Assembly: GCA_024679065.1 (NCBI GenBank)
Contig: JAGIQG010000013.1
Span: 16,306,001-16,370,000 of the forward strand
Origin: Sphyrna mokarran
Taxonomy: Eukaryota
Direction: 5' to 3'
DNA: 64,000 bases
Of this stretch, positions 12,532 to 26,957 are shown piece after piece (position 1 is the stretch's first letter; the number at the start of each line of letters is the position of its first letter). The notes below the pieces were generated by a model. It had not been told where the DNA came from, did no database searches, and saw nothing but the letters and a program-made list of their open reading frames with translations. The translations under genes and the position numbers were made by a program.

Positions 12532-15500
12532 CATAGAAACATAAAACACTAAAGCACAGAAACAAACCTTTTGACTCTTCTTGGCTGTACCAAACCATTT
12601 TTCTCCCTAGTCCCACTGACCTGCACCTGGACCAGATTCCTCCACATCCCTCTCATGCATGTATGTACCGGTCCAAGTTTTTCTTAAATGTTAAAAGTGA
12701 GCTCGCATTTACCGCTTCATCTGGCAGCTCATTCCACACTCCAACCACTCTCTGTGTGAAGAACCCCCCCCTCCCAATATTCCCTTTAAACATTTCCCCT
12801 TCACCCTTAATCCATGTCCTCTTTTTTTCTCCCGTAGCATCAGTGGAAAAAGCCTGCTTGCTTTCACTCTATCTATACCCATCATAATTTTATATACCTC
12901 CATCAAATTTCCCCTCATTCTTCTACGCTCCAGGGAATAAAGTCCTAACCTATTTAACCTTCCTCTGTAACTCAGTTTCTCAAATCCTGGTAACATTCCT
13001 GTAAACCTTCTCTGCACTCTTTCAACCTTATTAATATCCTTCCTATAATTAGGTGACCAAAATTGCACACAATACTCTAAATTTGGCCTCACCAATGTCT
13101 TATACAACCTCATCATAACATTCCAACTTTTATACTCAATACTTTGATTTATAAAGGCCAGTGTTCCAAAAGCACTCTTTATGATCCTATCTACCTGTTA
13201 TGCCACTTTTAAGGAATTATGTATCTGTATTCCCAGATCCCTCCAATAACTTACCTACTACTGACGTCAAACTTACCAGCCAATAATTTCCCAGATTACT
13301 TTTTGAGCCTTTTTTGAACAACGTAACAACATGAGCTATCCTCCAATCAGCCGGCACCTCATCCCTGGGTACTGACATTTTAAATATATCTGCCAGGACC
13401 TCTGAAATTTCAACACTAGTCTCTTTCAAGGTCTGAGGTAATACCTGGGGATTTATCTACTCTGATTTACCTCAAGACAGCATGCACCTCCTCCCCTTTA
13501 ATATATATAGGTTCCATGACCTCTCTACTTGTTTTCCTTATTTCCATAGACTCCATGCCAGTTTCCTTAGTAAATACGGATGCAAAAAACCATTTAATAT
13601 CTCGCCCATTTCTTTTGATTCCATATATAGCCAACCACTCTGATTTTCAAGAGGAACAATTTTATCCCTTACTATGCTTTTGCTCTTAATATACCTGTAG
13701 GATCTCTTCGGATTATCCTTCACCCTGATTGCCAAAGCAAACTCATGTCTCCTTTTAGTCCTCCTGATTTCCCTCTTAAGTAGTTTCTTGCACTTTTATA
13801 CTCTCCAAGCATCTTATTCATTCCGTGTTGCCTACATGTCATACACCTCTCTCCTTTTCTTTATCTGAGTTGCAATATCTCTCGAGAACCAAGGTTCCTT
13901 AATCTTATTCACTTTACCTTTAATCCTGACAGGAGCATACAAACTCTGCACTCTCAAAATTTCTCCTTTGAAGGCCTCCCACTTATCAATCACATCCTTG
14001 TCAGAGAACAATCTGTTCCAATCCACACTTTTTAGATCCTTTTTCATTTCTTCAAATTTGGCCTTTTTCTAGTTTAGAACTTCAACCCGAGGACCAGATC
14101 TATATGTTGAAACTAATGGCGTTATGATCACTGGAACCAAAGTGGTAGTTATAGGACGGATGTCAGAGGCAGGTTCTTTACACAGAAGGTGATGAGAGCG
14201 TGGAATGCCCTGCCTGCAGCAGTTGTAGACTCGCCTACTTTGGGGGCATTCAAATGTTCGGTGGATAGACATATGGATGATATTGGATTAGTTTAGGTTA
14301 GAGGGTCCACTGGCCGGCGCAACATCGAGGGCTGAAGGGCCTGTACTGCGCTGTAATGTTCTATGTTCTAAAGTGTTCCCCTACACACACTTTCGTCACT
14401 TGTCCTAACTCATTTCCTAATAAGGGGTCTAATATTGCATCCTCTCTAGTTGGCACCTCTATATATTGATTTAGAAAATTTTCCTGAACACATTTTACAA
14501 ACTCCAACCTGTCTAGACCTTTAACAGTATGGGACTCCAAATCTTTATGTGGAAAATTAAAATCCCCTACTATCACAACTTTGTTTCTGGCAGTTGTCTG
14601 CTATCTCTCTGCAGATTTGCTCCTCCAATTCTCACTGACTATTGGGTGGTCTATAATATAACCCCATTAATGTGGTCATATCTTTCCTGTATCTCAGGTC
14701 CACTCATATGGTCTCAGTAGACAGGCCTTCTAATCTGTCCTGCCTGAGCACTGCTGCAACATTTTCCTTGACTAGCAATGCCACCACCACCCCACCCCAC
14801 CCCCACCCTTCATCCCTCTACCTCTATCATGTTTGAAACATCGGAACCCTGGAACATTGAGCTCCCATCCTGCCTCTCTTGTAGCCAAGTTTCACTAATG
14901 GCTATAATGTCATAATTCCATGTGTCAATCCACACCCTCAACCAGTCTGCCTCCCCCACAATACTCTGGTATTGAAATGGACACACCTCAGAAGATTATT
15001 ACCACCACACACAACCCTTCTATATGTGATTTTGCATGAACTATTAACATCATTTATTTTCACCCCCACTCCATTATTTGCTCTGGCACTTTGGTTCTCA
15101 TCCTCCTGCAAATCTAGTTTAAACCCTCCCCAATAACACTAGCAAACCTCCCTACACAGATGTTGATCCCCTTGTAGTTCAGGTGTAACCCGCCTTTCTT
15201 GTACAGGTCCCACCTGCCCCAGAAGAGGTCCCAATGATCTAGAAATCTGAAACCCTGCCCCCTACACCAGTTCCTCAGCCACGTGTTCATCTGCCTGAGC
15301 ATCCTACTCTTGCCTTCACTGGCATGTGGCACAGGTAGCAATCCTGAGATTACTACCCTCGGGCCCCTACTTTTTAACTTCCTACCAAGCTCTCTACACT
15401 TACTCTTCAGGACATCCTCACTCTTCCTTCCTACATCATTGATATCGATGTGTACTATGACATCTGGCTGAACACCTTCCTACTTCAGAATGCTGTGCAC

Positions 15501-15575
15501 GCAGTCAAAGATAACCCTGACCTTGGCACCCAGGAGGCAACAAACCATCTGAGAATCTCTGTCATGACCACAGAG
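12532..15575 (-). mobile_element. CR1 LINE with ORF1 esterase remnant, APE and RT pieces, internally deleted
   Basis: 15114-15341 LPVP...WLRNWCRGQGFRFLDHWDLFWGRWDLYKKGGLHLN (SGNH-type ORF1); IVGDFNFP...PTREDAILD (APE); DWRIAHVVTLFKKG; [20 protein letters not shown] core missing around 13240. Confidence 0.92.
14145..14369 (+). mobile_element. Short young CR1 3' end nested in CR1
   Basis: TSD aaagtg (14139-14144 / 14370-14375); tail gtaatgttctatgttct. Confidence 0.88.
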
Positions 15576-18500
15576 GCAAACTTTCAGATTATCATTTCTA
15601 AAATCTTTTCCACCACCAATGCTAAACCGACCGATCTGTAGTAACTGGGTTTATCCTGACACTGTTTGTAGAACAAGGGTATAACATTAGCAATTCTCCA
15701 GTCCCATCCTCTAAAGAGGATTGGAAGATTATAGCCAGTGCCTCCGCAGTTTCTACCTTCAGTCACCTTGGTATTCTCAGGTGAATCTAAACAAAGATCT
15801 GTTGCAGTCTTTGTGACCCATCAACCCATTAGCCTTTCTAATGGCTCCTTTTTATAATTTTTAGCCCATCCAGTTTGCCAATTACCTCCTTTATGATTGA
15901 CTTTGGTAACAAGTCTTCTTTGTAAAGACAGATACAAAGTACTTTTTCAGTACTTCAGCCAGGCTCTCTATCTTCATATGTAAATGTTCTTTGTACCAAA
16001 TCATCCCCACTTGTTTTAACGTCATTTTACTAATTATATGCCTATAGAAAACTTTTGGATTTCCTTTTATATAATCTGTATGTTTCTTTGCATACTCTCT
16101 TTTGCTTCTCTTTATTTTTCAATTCTACATTCAGCATGGGTCTGGGTATTACTAGTGTACTAATCCTAGTGTATTATCAACTTTTGTTCTACTTCATCTT
16201 ATTATCTATCTCTTCTGTCATCGAGGGAGCTTTGGCTTTGTTTGTCCTAACTTTCTCCCTTGAGGGAATATATCTCAACTGTATCCAACCTATTTCCTCT
16301 GTAAAGACACTTCATCATTACAGTTTTGCCTAACAATCTTTGATTCCAATCTACCTGAGCCAAATGCATTCTCACCTCATTGAAATTAACCCTTTCACAG
16401 TTAATAATTTTTACGCTTAGATATCTCATTTTCCTTAGCTAATCTAAACCTTATGATACTATGATCACTGTTTCTTAAATTTTCCCAGATTGAGGTTTGA
16501 TGTGCTTGACCTATCTCATTTAACAGAACTAGATCCAGCAATGCTTCCTTCTTAACTGGAAACATGTTGATCTTGAGAATGCTTCTGAACACACTTCAGA
16601 AACTCTTCCCCACTCTGCCCTTTACACTATTATTATCATAATCTGTATTAAAATCAAAGAATGGTCCAACAGCACAGAAGATAGCCATTTGGCCTGTTCT
16701 GGCAATGCTGGCATTCTGAAGGAGTAACTCATCAATGCCGCTCCCCTGCCTTCTCTCCATAGCCCCACACGTTATTCTTTTTCAGTTAATAATCCCGTTA
16801 TAACTATAGCATTTCCACCTTTATGTAATTTAAAATTGTTCCTCCTTATCTTCCCACCAAGTGGTACCTATAGAACACACCATGTTATACTTTGGTATAC
16901 CTTTGTTTCTCACTTTAATATTAATTACTTTCATGTGAATAAGTGAAACCAAATCTGACGAACTGCAACCTGTACTTTGACTGAAAGATCAAATGGCATA
17001 CTCTGAGAAGGGATAAATAAAATCTTAGCTCATCTTTGTACTTTAATCACAGATAGCAACATGTACTGTATATGCTTCCTTGAAAATACTTCATAGCTCT
17101 TTAATGGCCTGTGAACCAAATAGTTGTAGTATCCTAAGTGATATTCAACAAGAAAAGCACTTTATTATAGTGCTCCTATCACTGTAACATTTTTCTTATC
17201 ATTATGGCTGCCAAAGATTCAGATAATTGCTCACTGGTGACAGTGAATTACTTGCATTATTTTGTGCCTGTGAAAGCCCCATACTAGTGAATTATGAATG
17301 TCTTGTACAGGTGAAAGAATGCTTATTAATCACTGTCATCCGTGATGCATCATGTTTATTCTCTGCAAGTGAACAATCTTTTGAATCATATCACAGAATT
17401 GCTTAATGGCAAGTCTGATTATTTGCATTCATTTATCATTTTATTTGTATCAGGGTTACAAAACAAATCACTTTACTCTTTGGAAAAAAAACCATTATAG
17501 CAAAATATAGCTATCAAAATTTGTTTATTTAAATATTCTGTAATTAAATACAAGTATTATGTGTGCAATGTGTAGCAGAAATTCAATACATGGAATACAT
17601 TTTCAAACTCATTCTATTGATTTGTGCAGTGTACAATTCAATATTAATTAATGAACAAATCAAGGAAACTTGATCAGCAAACACCAGTCTATTAATACAT
17701 ACCTCAATCTTACTTCAATATGTCACTAAAATACATTTAATTTTAAACAAAAGAAAGACTTAAATGTTCATTCTTTTCTTTCTATAATAATTGATAAGTT
17801 ATGTTGTTGGGGTAGAGAAAATCCAACACTGAACCGTCATCAAGGCAAGGGTAATGTAAGCTTTCAGAACAGTAAAGCATGGAATATCTTCTTAAATACA
17901 AAAGTATGTATACTGATACAATATTAATGTAATTTTGTAAGGATAAAATAGCAGATGGAAATAAAAAGTCACTTTGAGAAAAATAATCTGTATTTAATTC
18001 TGAAAAGATAAACAACAATGGTGTAAATTGTTGACATATCTATGTAGAATTATATAGCTGTTATTTATTGGCTTGTGTGCAAAGCAACTATCTTTGCACC
18101 AAATGAGATGCACCAAGTTGCTGAATGTGCAGGGTTAAGTGTTTTTTTTTGTAAGTGTGTAAGCAGGAGCTTTAGAAGAACTCCAAGTATTTGTTGATAT
18201 AGTACATCTGACTCTTATTTCCTAATTATTTAGCTTTCTCTTATCCCTTTTCTAAGTGAGGAGAATACAGTGGTTTGATAGAAGTTATTTGAGACAATTT
18301 CCATAATAAATGTTAATGAGATGTACATGACGGTCATCTTTAGGACATGCAGTCTATTTGAGTTTGGTGCATCTATGACTTCTGCATGACAGGAGAAGTT
18401 TACAATTAGATTCTTTTGATGGTCTTTGGAGATTCCAAGTTAAAAATGAGGTGCCTCCCTTAACAGACATTGATGGGTAGATTGATATATTGGGCCTTAA

Positions 18501-19255
18501 CTTCTGAGTTCCCAACGTCAGACTGGGACTCTTCAAAGATGAGCTGGGGAATCCCCTTCAGACATTCCGAGGTAAGGTTCACATGCAATTGCCCTATACT
18601 GGGAACTGGCTGAAAAAAACCATTTAAATCACAAACTTGGGATGGTTCTGACTGGGTTACACCAATAGTTACCCAAAAAATGTCAAGAGGAATAAAACCA
18701 TTTCTAACTTCTGGTTACTATTACACAGATCCAGACCAAACCTCTATGGACTCCCTTCACACTCCAAATCCCCAACATAGCTCATCCCTCTCCAAGGTCT
18801 TACCTAGTCCCCCAAGGGGACTCCCATCACCATCAACCTTCTCACACAAGGGACTTCCTGACCAACCCAAGGGGTGTACTCCACCCCTGGCAGGCCTCAT
18901 GGCTGATGCTTGCTTACACATTCCCTGCCTGATCACAGGCTTGGCTAGCCAACCCAAGATCTGGTTCCCTTACCCAAACCCAATACCTCAAATCCCCCAA
19001 GACCTGACCTCTCCACCCTGAGACCCAAATCACCACTCTTGAGGCCCACAATCCTCATCCTGTCCAGACCTCCATGCCCTTAAACCCCCAATTACCGCCC
19101 CCCCATCCCTGCAATCTCCAATCCCCTGACCTCTGATTGGCCTGTCAAGGACCATTACGTTCATTGGAACTTTAAATTTACGTGGTGATTTATAGAAATT
19201 AGTGCCCTTTTAAAAAAAGTGACATTACACCCTTCACTTCCAATGCAGATTTCCA

Positions 19256-19362
19256 TAAACATAGACAAGGGTCATGGGTGGAAGTGGGAACGTTAAAATG
19301 GCAGCACGGGCTCGTTGGGCCGAAGGGCCTGTTTCCCATGCTGTGTTGTTCTTTGCTCTTTG
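19256..19362 (+). mobile_element. SINE 3' fragment (tail type c)
   Basis: ataaacatagacaaggg...ctcgttgggccgaagggcctgtttccc, shared with 35165-35292 and 52958-53184. Confidence 0.8.
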
Positions 19363-21345
19363 CTTTTGCTCTTTACTTTTACACCCATGAACATCATTGG
19401 ACTCTGGGGACATTCTGCATTGCTTCAATCTTCTTGCCTGGCCTTGAGTCAGGTCAGATGAGACAGGCTGGGAAACAAAATCAGGTAAGAAGCTGGACAT
19501 GGAGTGACAATCGATGTTAATTGCCACTCCAAGTTCAGGCTCATTGTGTTCCATGGTTTGCAACTTGTGGCCACAATTTAGAGTGGTGCTCATCTGCTAC
19601 TTATGGAGCATGTGGCTGTAAATGTGCCCTGTGGGGACTTGGTTGAGCTCTGTATACCATATTGAAGGGAAGTCAAAAAGCCAGGGGTTGCTGCTTTTGG
19701 GTGAGGTGTTTATTTTTTAATGCTGTATGCGACCTATTGTTCCATATCATGGGCTGTTGCCAGTTGCGTGAATGTTTTCCCCGAATGCTTCCCAGAATGG
19801 CCAGCATGATTTTAAAGGCTTTCTTGGGAGTTTTTTGAAGTCTTTGTGAATGGGAAGCTAGGTATTAATCAGGACTTCTTCCATCTCTTGGTGCACTGAA
19901 AGCTTTGCAGTAACAGCAGGTGGACAATATGGGACAGCTCCACGAAGTACACAGTTGGAGCAGATTTAAGCAACCTTAATACTGTCCTCGTAATGCCATT
20001 TAGCTGTAAGTATTTGTGCAGCAGCTGCAGCACCAGGAGGCAGAGCAATATTCTGTGACAGGGTGGATTAGGGCTATTGTTGCAGGGTAAATGGATCTGT
20101 ATATACTCCTCCTTGACTGTTCAGTGGCTGTCCAGGCTGTGTTCACCCTGATTTTTACTGTACATCTAGTATTAAATAAATAGAGATGATTAGCAAGGGA
20201 CAGTATAGATTGATAATCAGGTATTTTGCGTGGGGGGTTATGGTTAAGTTTCCTTCTACAGAAGGAAACATTGGCCTTGATCTTAGGGTCTGGAGATAGT
20301 CAGGTTGTCTCTGATATCTGGTCTCTTATGTACCCCCATCCCATAACCACGAAGATGTGTTATGGAAGTCACAATGCACTGATTCCTCCTCCCAGGACCC
20401 TTTAACTCTGAGTTAGCATCTCAGATTTTGTTACCTGGATAGTTGTCCAGAAAAATATCTTGTCTAGCACCTGGTTAAACTCATATCATTCACTCACCCA
20501 CCTTCAGCCTACCTGAACTGATTTCACCCTCCAACTCTCTCACCACCTAATCCCACCTCACTCCCTTACACTCTACCTGACCCAAATTTCACCATGGGGC
20601 CTGACCTTACCATCGGATACTCATTGATCTAACCCGACTTCACCATCCTAACCAGCATTCACCCCTCATCCACCATATCCCCAACCCACTTACCTTATCC
20701 ACCCTACCCTCTTACTGACCCCCTCTTACACAAACCTTCTCTCCATAGCTTCTCAAAGGAGCTTTAAGACATTTTAACTCTTTATTTGCCATAATAAAGC
20801 AGCTTGTGCTGATTAAGAAAAGGGAATGGCCTCTGTGCAGATTCCCTTTGCCGATGTAGTCAAGATTTCCTGCACTGCGTCAGTTTGAAAGGATTCTTCA
20901 TCTGAAGATTATCCAGAAACATTGCAGGGAGGTAAATGGGTATTTTTTTTTGTCTGATCTGGTTTGGAAATGGGTACTCCTATCCTGATTGGAAGGTTTG
21001 GACCATTGATTTTTTTTTTCCAGCTGCAGCATTGTTCAAATGGAATGCCAACATAATGGGATTGGGGAAGAGTCAGCAGATTCTGGAATTAGCCTTGCAG
21101 CAGTTCCAACCTCTAGTTTGGATTCTACTGGCTTTGTGTAGTGCTGATGTCTGCAGCAGCAATGCTATATCATTAATATAGACAAATTCCAGGATTTGAT
21201 GCTGAGTATGATGGTAAAAAAGACCTGAGCAGACCATTATTGAGCATCCATGTTCAGCTGATTTTGTCACCATGATAAATGTGCAATTTATAATTGTTGT
21301 CAGGATATTGATAAGTTTAAAAGTTTAGTGGCATGGAATTGATAG

Positions 21346-21645
21346 GTGACACAATAGTTAGCACTGCTGCCTCAAGAATCAGGGGTTCAATTCTGGCCTC
21401 AGTTCTCTGTGTGGAATTTTCACATTCTCCCCATGTCTGCGTAGGTTTCCTCCAGGTGCTCCAGTTTTCTCCCACTGTCCAAAGATATGAGAGTCCAGTT
21501 GATTGGCTATTCAAAATTGACCCCAGTGCTGGAGGATTAACAGGGTAAATATGTGGGGTTGCGAGAATAGGGCTTGGGTGGTATTGCGGTCAGTGCAGAC
21601 TCAATAGCCTGAATGACCTCCTTCTGCACTTAAGGATTCTATGAA
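21346..21645 (+). mobile_element. tRNA-derived HE1/V-type SINE (tail type b)
   Basis: tagttagcactgctgcctc...ggttcaattc B box; V-domain ggtttcctccaggtgctccagttttctcccac; ggattctatg tail. Confidence 0.85.
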
Positions 21646-21689
21646 TGATTATTGAGAACTTCAGTTGCTGGTTTTTGCACCAGACTGCG

Positions 21690-21985
21690 GCATGGTGGCA
21701 CAGTGGTTAGACTGCTGCTTCACAGTACCAGGGATTTGGTTCCATTCTGGCCTTGGTTCATTGTTTGCATGGAGTTTTCATGTTCTCCTGTGTCTGCATG
21801 GGTTTTCCCTGGGTGCTATGGTTTCCTCCCACATTCCAAAGATGTGCAGATTAGGTTAATTTACTGTCAGGGGGACTAGATAGGATAAATACTTGGGGTT
21901 ATGGGGACAGGGTGTGGATGGGATTGTTGTCAGTGCAGGTTTGATGGGCCAAATAGCGGCCTTTTGTACTGTAGGGATTCTATGA
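21690..21985 (+). mobile_element. tRNA-derived HE1/V-type SINE (tail type b), tandem to previous
   Basis: gcatggtggcacagtggttag head, V-domain, gtagggattctatg tail. Confidence 0.85.
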
Positions 21986-23311
21986 TATGCTGATGACAGG
22001 TCTATGAAGGCAGTCCAATTCTTCAGCTATTCTTGGAACTTGACTCAATTGATTAGGGGTGCAAAAATCCCAGTCTTTGCAGCCACTTCTTTCTCTAAAA
22101 TCCAACATGTTCATTTTGGAGGGCAGCTTTTTAAATTGGTTAAGGACAAGCCATTAAAACATCTTTTGGACTGGCAGACAGAAGTGCAATGGGGAACTCA
22201 TTATAATCTAGTCAATGCTCTGACAACATGAAATATACTCCCCAATTATCAGATGGGAAATCAGGTGGGTGCCAACTTGCGAAGGGCCTGCAGAAACTTT
22301 GTAAATCCAGAGTTATTTAGTGTCAGAAATATGTAGTAATAGGACCTTTGACTAGCAGCAAAATGCAGAACTCGCAGCAATAAGTGTATAGCACTGTCTA
22401 AAAGGTACCAAACCCACAAGAACTGTCTTCAACTATTCCAAGTAACTTTCCCTGAAAGAAGTTTAGGATCCATACAGCCATAGATGGTGAGTAGGAAAAG
22501 GAATTGATGGTGGTCAGGCTCCACCTTTACTGAATTACACAACCACAATTTGTATTTGTATCATATTCTTGACTGGTTCTGATAGAAATTCCAACTATCT
22601 GGCTGCAGGTCTGCAACAAAATACAGGATAAACATTAACATAAAAGTAAACTGGATTAACTTACTTGCCACTTGATTTTGAACCTGCTACTGCCTTATGT
22701 TTGAGCACAAATAGGGCAGTAATGACATAATTTAACTTTTAAATTGTAAGCGCAACATCACTTAGCATAGCTAAGAACAGCACTTGGGCCTGATTTTGGA
22801 TAATAGATGCACAAGATTGCCATATGTAAAACGTTTCTTTGAAGGTTTCCCACCACCCTCAGAAAGTTTGAAATGACATTTAGGGGAATTCTGGAACGTT
22901 GCATGTTGCTATTTCATAATGGAGTTAAATAGAACTCGATCATTTAGCCATTATTCTCTATGTGTATGTATTGTGGTTAAGTGAGTTTGTAGCACAGAAG
23001 GTTTGCTGGTTGAATGGTTACTGGAAGTATCTTAGTGCCTGTAAAGTATGTATCAACACCTGTGTCATGGATCTTTCACTGCTTGATGGTGATTCCTTAT
23101 ATAATGGCCAGGTGGAAGACCTTTCTTAAAATATTCTTTATTCTCTTGAAACAAAACAGTGTACCTTTAAGACATTCTCACATACCTATCATGCAAATTT
23201 GATAAAACATTTTGGGGCTTGCATTTTTCTCCACTAAAATGTATCAGTGAGATATAGTCATTTTTTTTAGTTTTTAAATACATTGGATTGTACCATTTTT
23301 CAGTTTATATT

Positions 23312-24019
23312 GGCCTGGAATTCATGGTCAATGGCAAAGCAAGAGTGCTCGCCACTGACCTCAAAAAGAATTGCCTATAAGGATCTGGTAATTTCTGGGG
23401 CAGAAATTTCCCCTTTCCTGTTCCCGATATCAGTTCAAATCTGGTGACAAGTCATGTCAACAAACAGGTAGGTAATCAAGCATGTTTAAATACCAGGAAG
23501 TTAAAAGTACTAGAAACCCTTTGCTTTTATTTAAATTTTCAAATTGTAAAACAACTACAATAGTATTAAAATAGAAACTAAAATCAATAAAAACACATTC
23601 TTAAAAGAAGCTTCTTTTTAAGGAAAAACTGTTTTTAATCATTCTGGACAAATTTGACATTCCATACACATAAAATTAGATTTTTGGTCCCAGTGATGGT
23701 ACTGAGCAGAAAACATAAAGTTAGTACATTGTTAAAAGCCCTTGTCAAATGAGGTGCAACTTCTTCAAGGGTCATTACGGCATGACTTAAGTGTGTAGAA
23801 GTGGAAGTTTTTATCAAATCATAATTACAATGGAGGTTCTAGCTAGTGGCAATCTCAACAGTGCACCCATTGGAGGAGCATAGTCTCACTGACAGCAGTT
23901 TCTGGGATTTTTGCATTATTCTGTGCATGTCAGGACTGCTGAAGTTGCTGTCAGTTTCGGCAGATAATGACAATGAAAGCTGACAGCATTAACAGCATCA
24001 CCACTGCAAAATCCAGGCC
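23312..24019. mobile_element. PIF/Harbinger-like MITE
   Basis: Terminal inverted repeats ggcctgga / tccaggcc with identical 3-bp flanks att (23309-23311 / 24020-24022). Confidence 0.6.
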
Positions 24020-26169
24020 ATTGTTGCAACACGTCACTGGAGTAAGGTTTAGCATAAAGAGGTGCTGCTGCCACAAATACCTATTGTTTCATTTTATATC
24101 ATAGAAATTAAAATACTTTAAGGAAAATGTGTTACTGTTCTATTTTATTGGATTGTATTTGTTTGACTGTGGATTTGTGTAAAAATGGCATTGGTGTCAT
24201 TTAAAAACAAAGGCCATGTTCTGCACTGATTGATAAGAATCGTGCTATTACTGTTGCACTGAGAAGAAACTATTCATTAGGGGATACCTTTGCAAGAGGA
24301 AAATGAAAATGCTAAACAATGAATCTTTACTGAGTATTTTATAAACTTTTAATGATCACAAAACACCAAATTAAAATGCTGCAAGTTACAACTTTAACCA
24401 ACTCATGTGAAACTATTGGAAATATTTAACATTTTTCTTTAATCTTTGGCAGAAATTCTGAAGTGATCATTTATTACCACACTGTAAATTAAATAGACAG
24501 TATGCCATCCTATTGGAGGTTGAGGTTTGGAAAGTATGAGACTATATTATAACATCATTTGTCCTTGTACTCCCTTTGCAAGTGCATGTGACAATGTGAT
24601 GACGCTCTTCTTTCTGACAGTTTTGAATGTTTGGAATCAGAAGGATTTTTTTTTGGTTTATTTTCTGCTAACAGTATCCACTTAAGATGTTCTTTATTTT
24701 ATACACAAGGTTCAAGGCTTGTTCTGGAAATACTAGTTTCACAAGTAATATTTTTAAATGTTTTGTTTTTTGTGGTGATATCAACATAAAGCTATTCATT
24801 GATCCAGATCACAAGGGGTTTGCTCATCCCTGTGTGCAGATTTGAACAGCTGTTCCTATAGAGCTGTGCATGTACAGGGCATGGAAATAGTGATGGAGTA
24901 TAACAAAAATGAGCATAGCAATATGTGAAAATACTGCAGAACAATTTTAGAAATGCTTATCAACTGTTTAGATTTTTTTATTGTGAATTGCTGCTTAATA
25001 CCATGCTTTACTTTTGAAAAGATGTGTATTGGTACTCAAAATCAACTGCTATACAAAATATTTTTGAATAGCAGTTTGGAGAATTACTTGTTGTTATTTT
25101 TCATTATGTCATATCTTGCTGTTTTAAAAAAATAATGTAAAAACAAAGATTAAAGCCAAAAAATGGAAATAAGGTAGCCTAAAGGTTTTGGGAGAAATTC
25201 AAGAATTGAGAGTTACCCTATTTCTTAGCCATAAGGTCATGTGTGTGATTTAGCAGGAAGTCAATGTTTCTGTGTAACATTTAAAGGGCAGCATTCTAAC
25301 AGGAATAGCTAGCAGTGACAATCGCCATAGCTAACCCTGATGTAGCTATTTGTGTTTTATTTTAAAAATGCTTCCTCAATGTTACTTCAGCACTTCAATG
25401 AACTGACATTTCTGTAGGTTATAGAATCAAAACTGTATATGGTTGTACATACAATGTTGTATATGTAATGTATATGTTGTATAAGTTTGTTAGTGCACAA
25501 TGTTGATGCTTTCTATTGAGACATGAGGTATTTGTGGAATAAACCTCATTTAAATTATACATGGAAAAAGCATTGATAGTTGAAATGTGCAGCTTAAAAT
25601 TCTATGGAATTATGCTGGGAAACAGAATCATTGTGTAACACATAGTGCATCTAGCTTTAAAATACTGAAATAAGGTATTCTGTTACTATGTTTTGAATTT
25701 TTTAATATGTTAGCTGAAAAAAAATTGTACTGTCTTGATGGTGCCTAGTTACTGGTTCAACAACCAGAAATCATGTATAATTGAACACTTCTCGTCATTG
25801 CATATAAGAGCCAACAGACAGAATCACCTGAATATTAATTTTTATTGTTCAGTTTTGGTTCATTAAAAGTGTGAGAAACAAACCCAAAAGTTAATCTGAG
25901 TATGTGCTGCGCAATGATAAAATTGATAGGCAATAAACCTCTGATTGAATTTCTGTCAATTATTTTTGTAATCTTTGTGTGAATCTACACAATCTAAAAT
26001 ATGACCAGTTTAGAATATAATTAAATATGGATCTGGATTAGGTCACTGATCCATTTCTGACAGAAATAGCTGTTCCAAAAGAAAATAACCAGCAAGAGGA
26101 TTCTTCACTTTCTCAGTGTCTGGGTTCTTAAGAATGCAGGACTTCATCGATTACCCCACCTCCTCCCCC

Positions 26170-26845
26170 ATGAGTCTATTCTCAATCATCAGCAAAGTAA
26201 TGGAACATGGCATCAACTGTGCTATCAAACAGCACTTGGTTAGCAATCACCTGTTCACTGACATTAAACTTATGTTCCATTAGGGTCACTGAGCACTTGA
26301 TCTTATTACAACTGTAATCTAAATATGAACAAAAGAGCTCAAAACTCCAGAGGTAAGTGTGACTGCTTTTGATATGAAGGCAGTGTTTGACAATGTGACA
26401 TCAAGGACCCCCAGCAAAACTGAAGTCATTGGGAATTGGGGGAGACATCTCTGTGCTGGTTGGACTCATACCTGACACAAAGGAAGATTTTTATGGTTGT
26501 TGGAGATCAGTCATCTCAGGCGCAGGGTATCACTGAAGGAGATCTTCAGGATAATGTTCTTGGCCCATCCATCTTCAGCTGTTTCTTCAATGACCTTCCC
26601 ACCATCATAGGTCAGAACTGAGGATGTTAATTTGCAACTTTTGAGATACTGAAGCGGCCCATGTCCATTATCAGGCAATATTCAGGCTGGAGCTAATAAA
26701 TGGCAAGTGACAGTGTCAGGCAATGACCATCTCTACAAGAGAGAATCTAACCATTGCCCCTGACACTTAATGGCATTATTGTCACTGAATTCCCCACTAT
26801 CAGCATCCAGGAGGTTACCATGACCAGACACTGAACAGGACACCC
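26170..26845 (+). mobile_element. RT fragment of old LINE (same family as 53370-57095)
   Basis: WLDSYLTQRKIFMVVGDQSSQ...VLGPSIFSCFFNDLP. Confidence 0.8.
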
Positions 26846-26957
26846 AAACACCAGTCTCACCTGTTTATTCAATTGCAGAGCACATGTTCTTTAACATCAG
26901 TCTTTAAGTAAGTAAACTTGGTCACGCACCCATATCCACAATGCACACTCATGCTGA

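Larger units (their letters stand above)
10290..16650 (-). mobile_element. Old CR1 LINE (host), split by two younger CR1 insertions
   Basis: Pieces at about 10290-10500, 11585-12530 and 15580-16650 are colinear on the - strand: MDRLEKLGLFSL, DWRIANVIPLFYK, LLDLVLLNE...SDH. Confidence 0.65.
6049..25943 (+). other. STXBP5L: Putative STXBP5L 3' UTR / downstream transcribed region (end uncertain)
   Basis: Follows the stop codon; T/TG-rich unique blocks between repeats; AATAAA at 6186, 25538 and 25932; TGTACATA at 25444-25451. True end cannot be fixed from sequence. Confidence 0.35.

Noticed and set aside
18680-20760. Pro-rich ORF and C-rich tracts (also 33900-34130)
   Set aside because: Low-complexity sequence, probably repeat interiors; no exon signals or recognisable protein.
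21346-21420. tRNA gene
   Set aside because: A/B-box-like head continues into SINE core and tail; the same applies to the other SINE heads.
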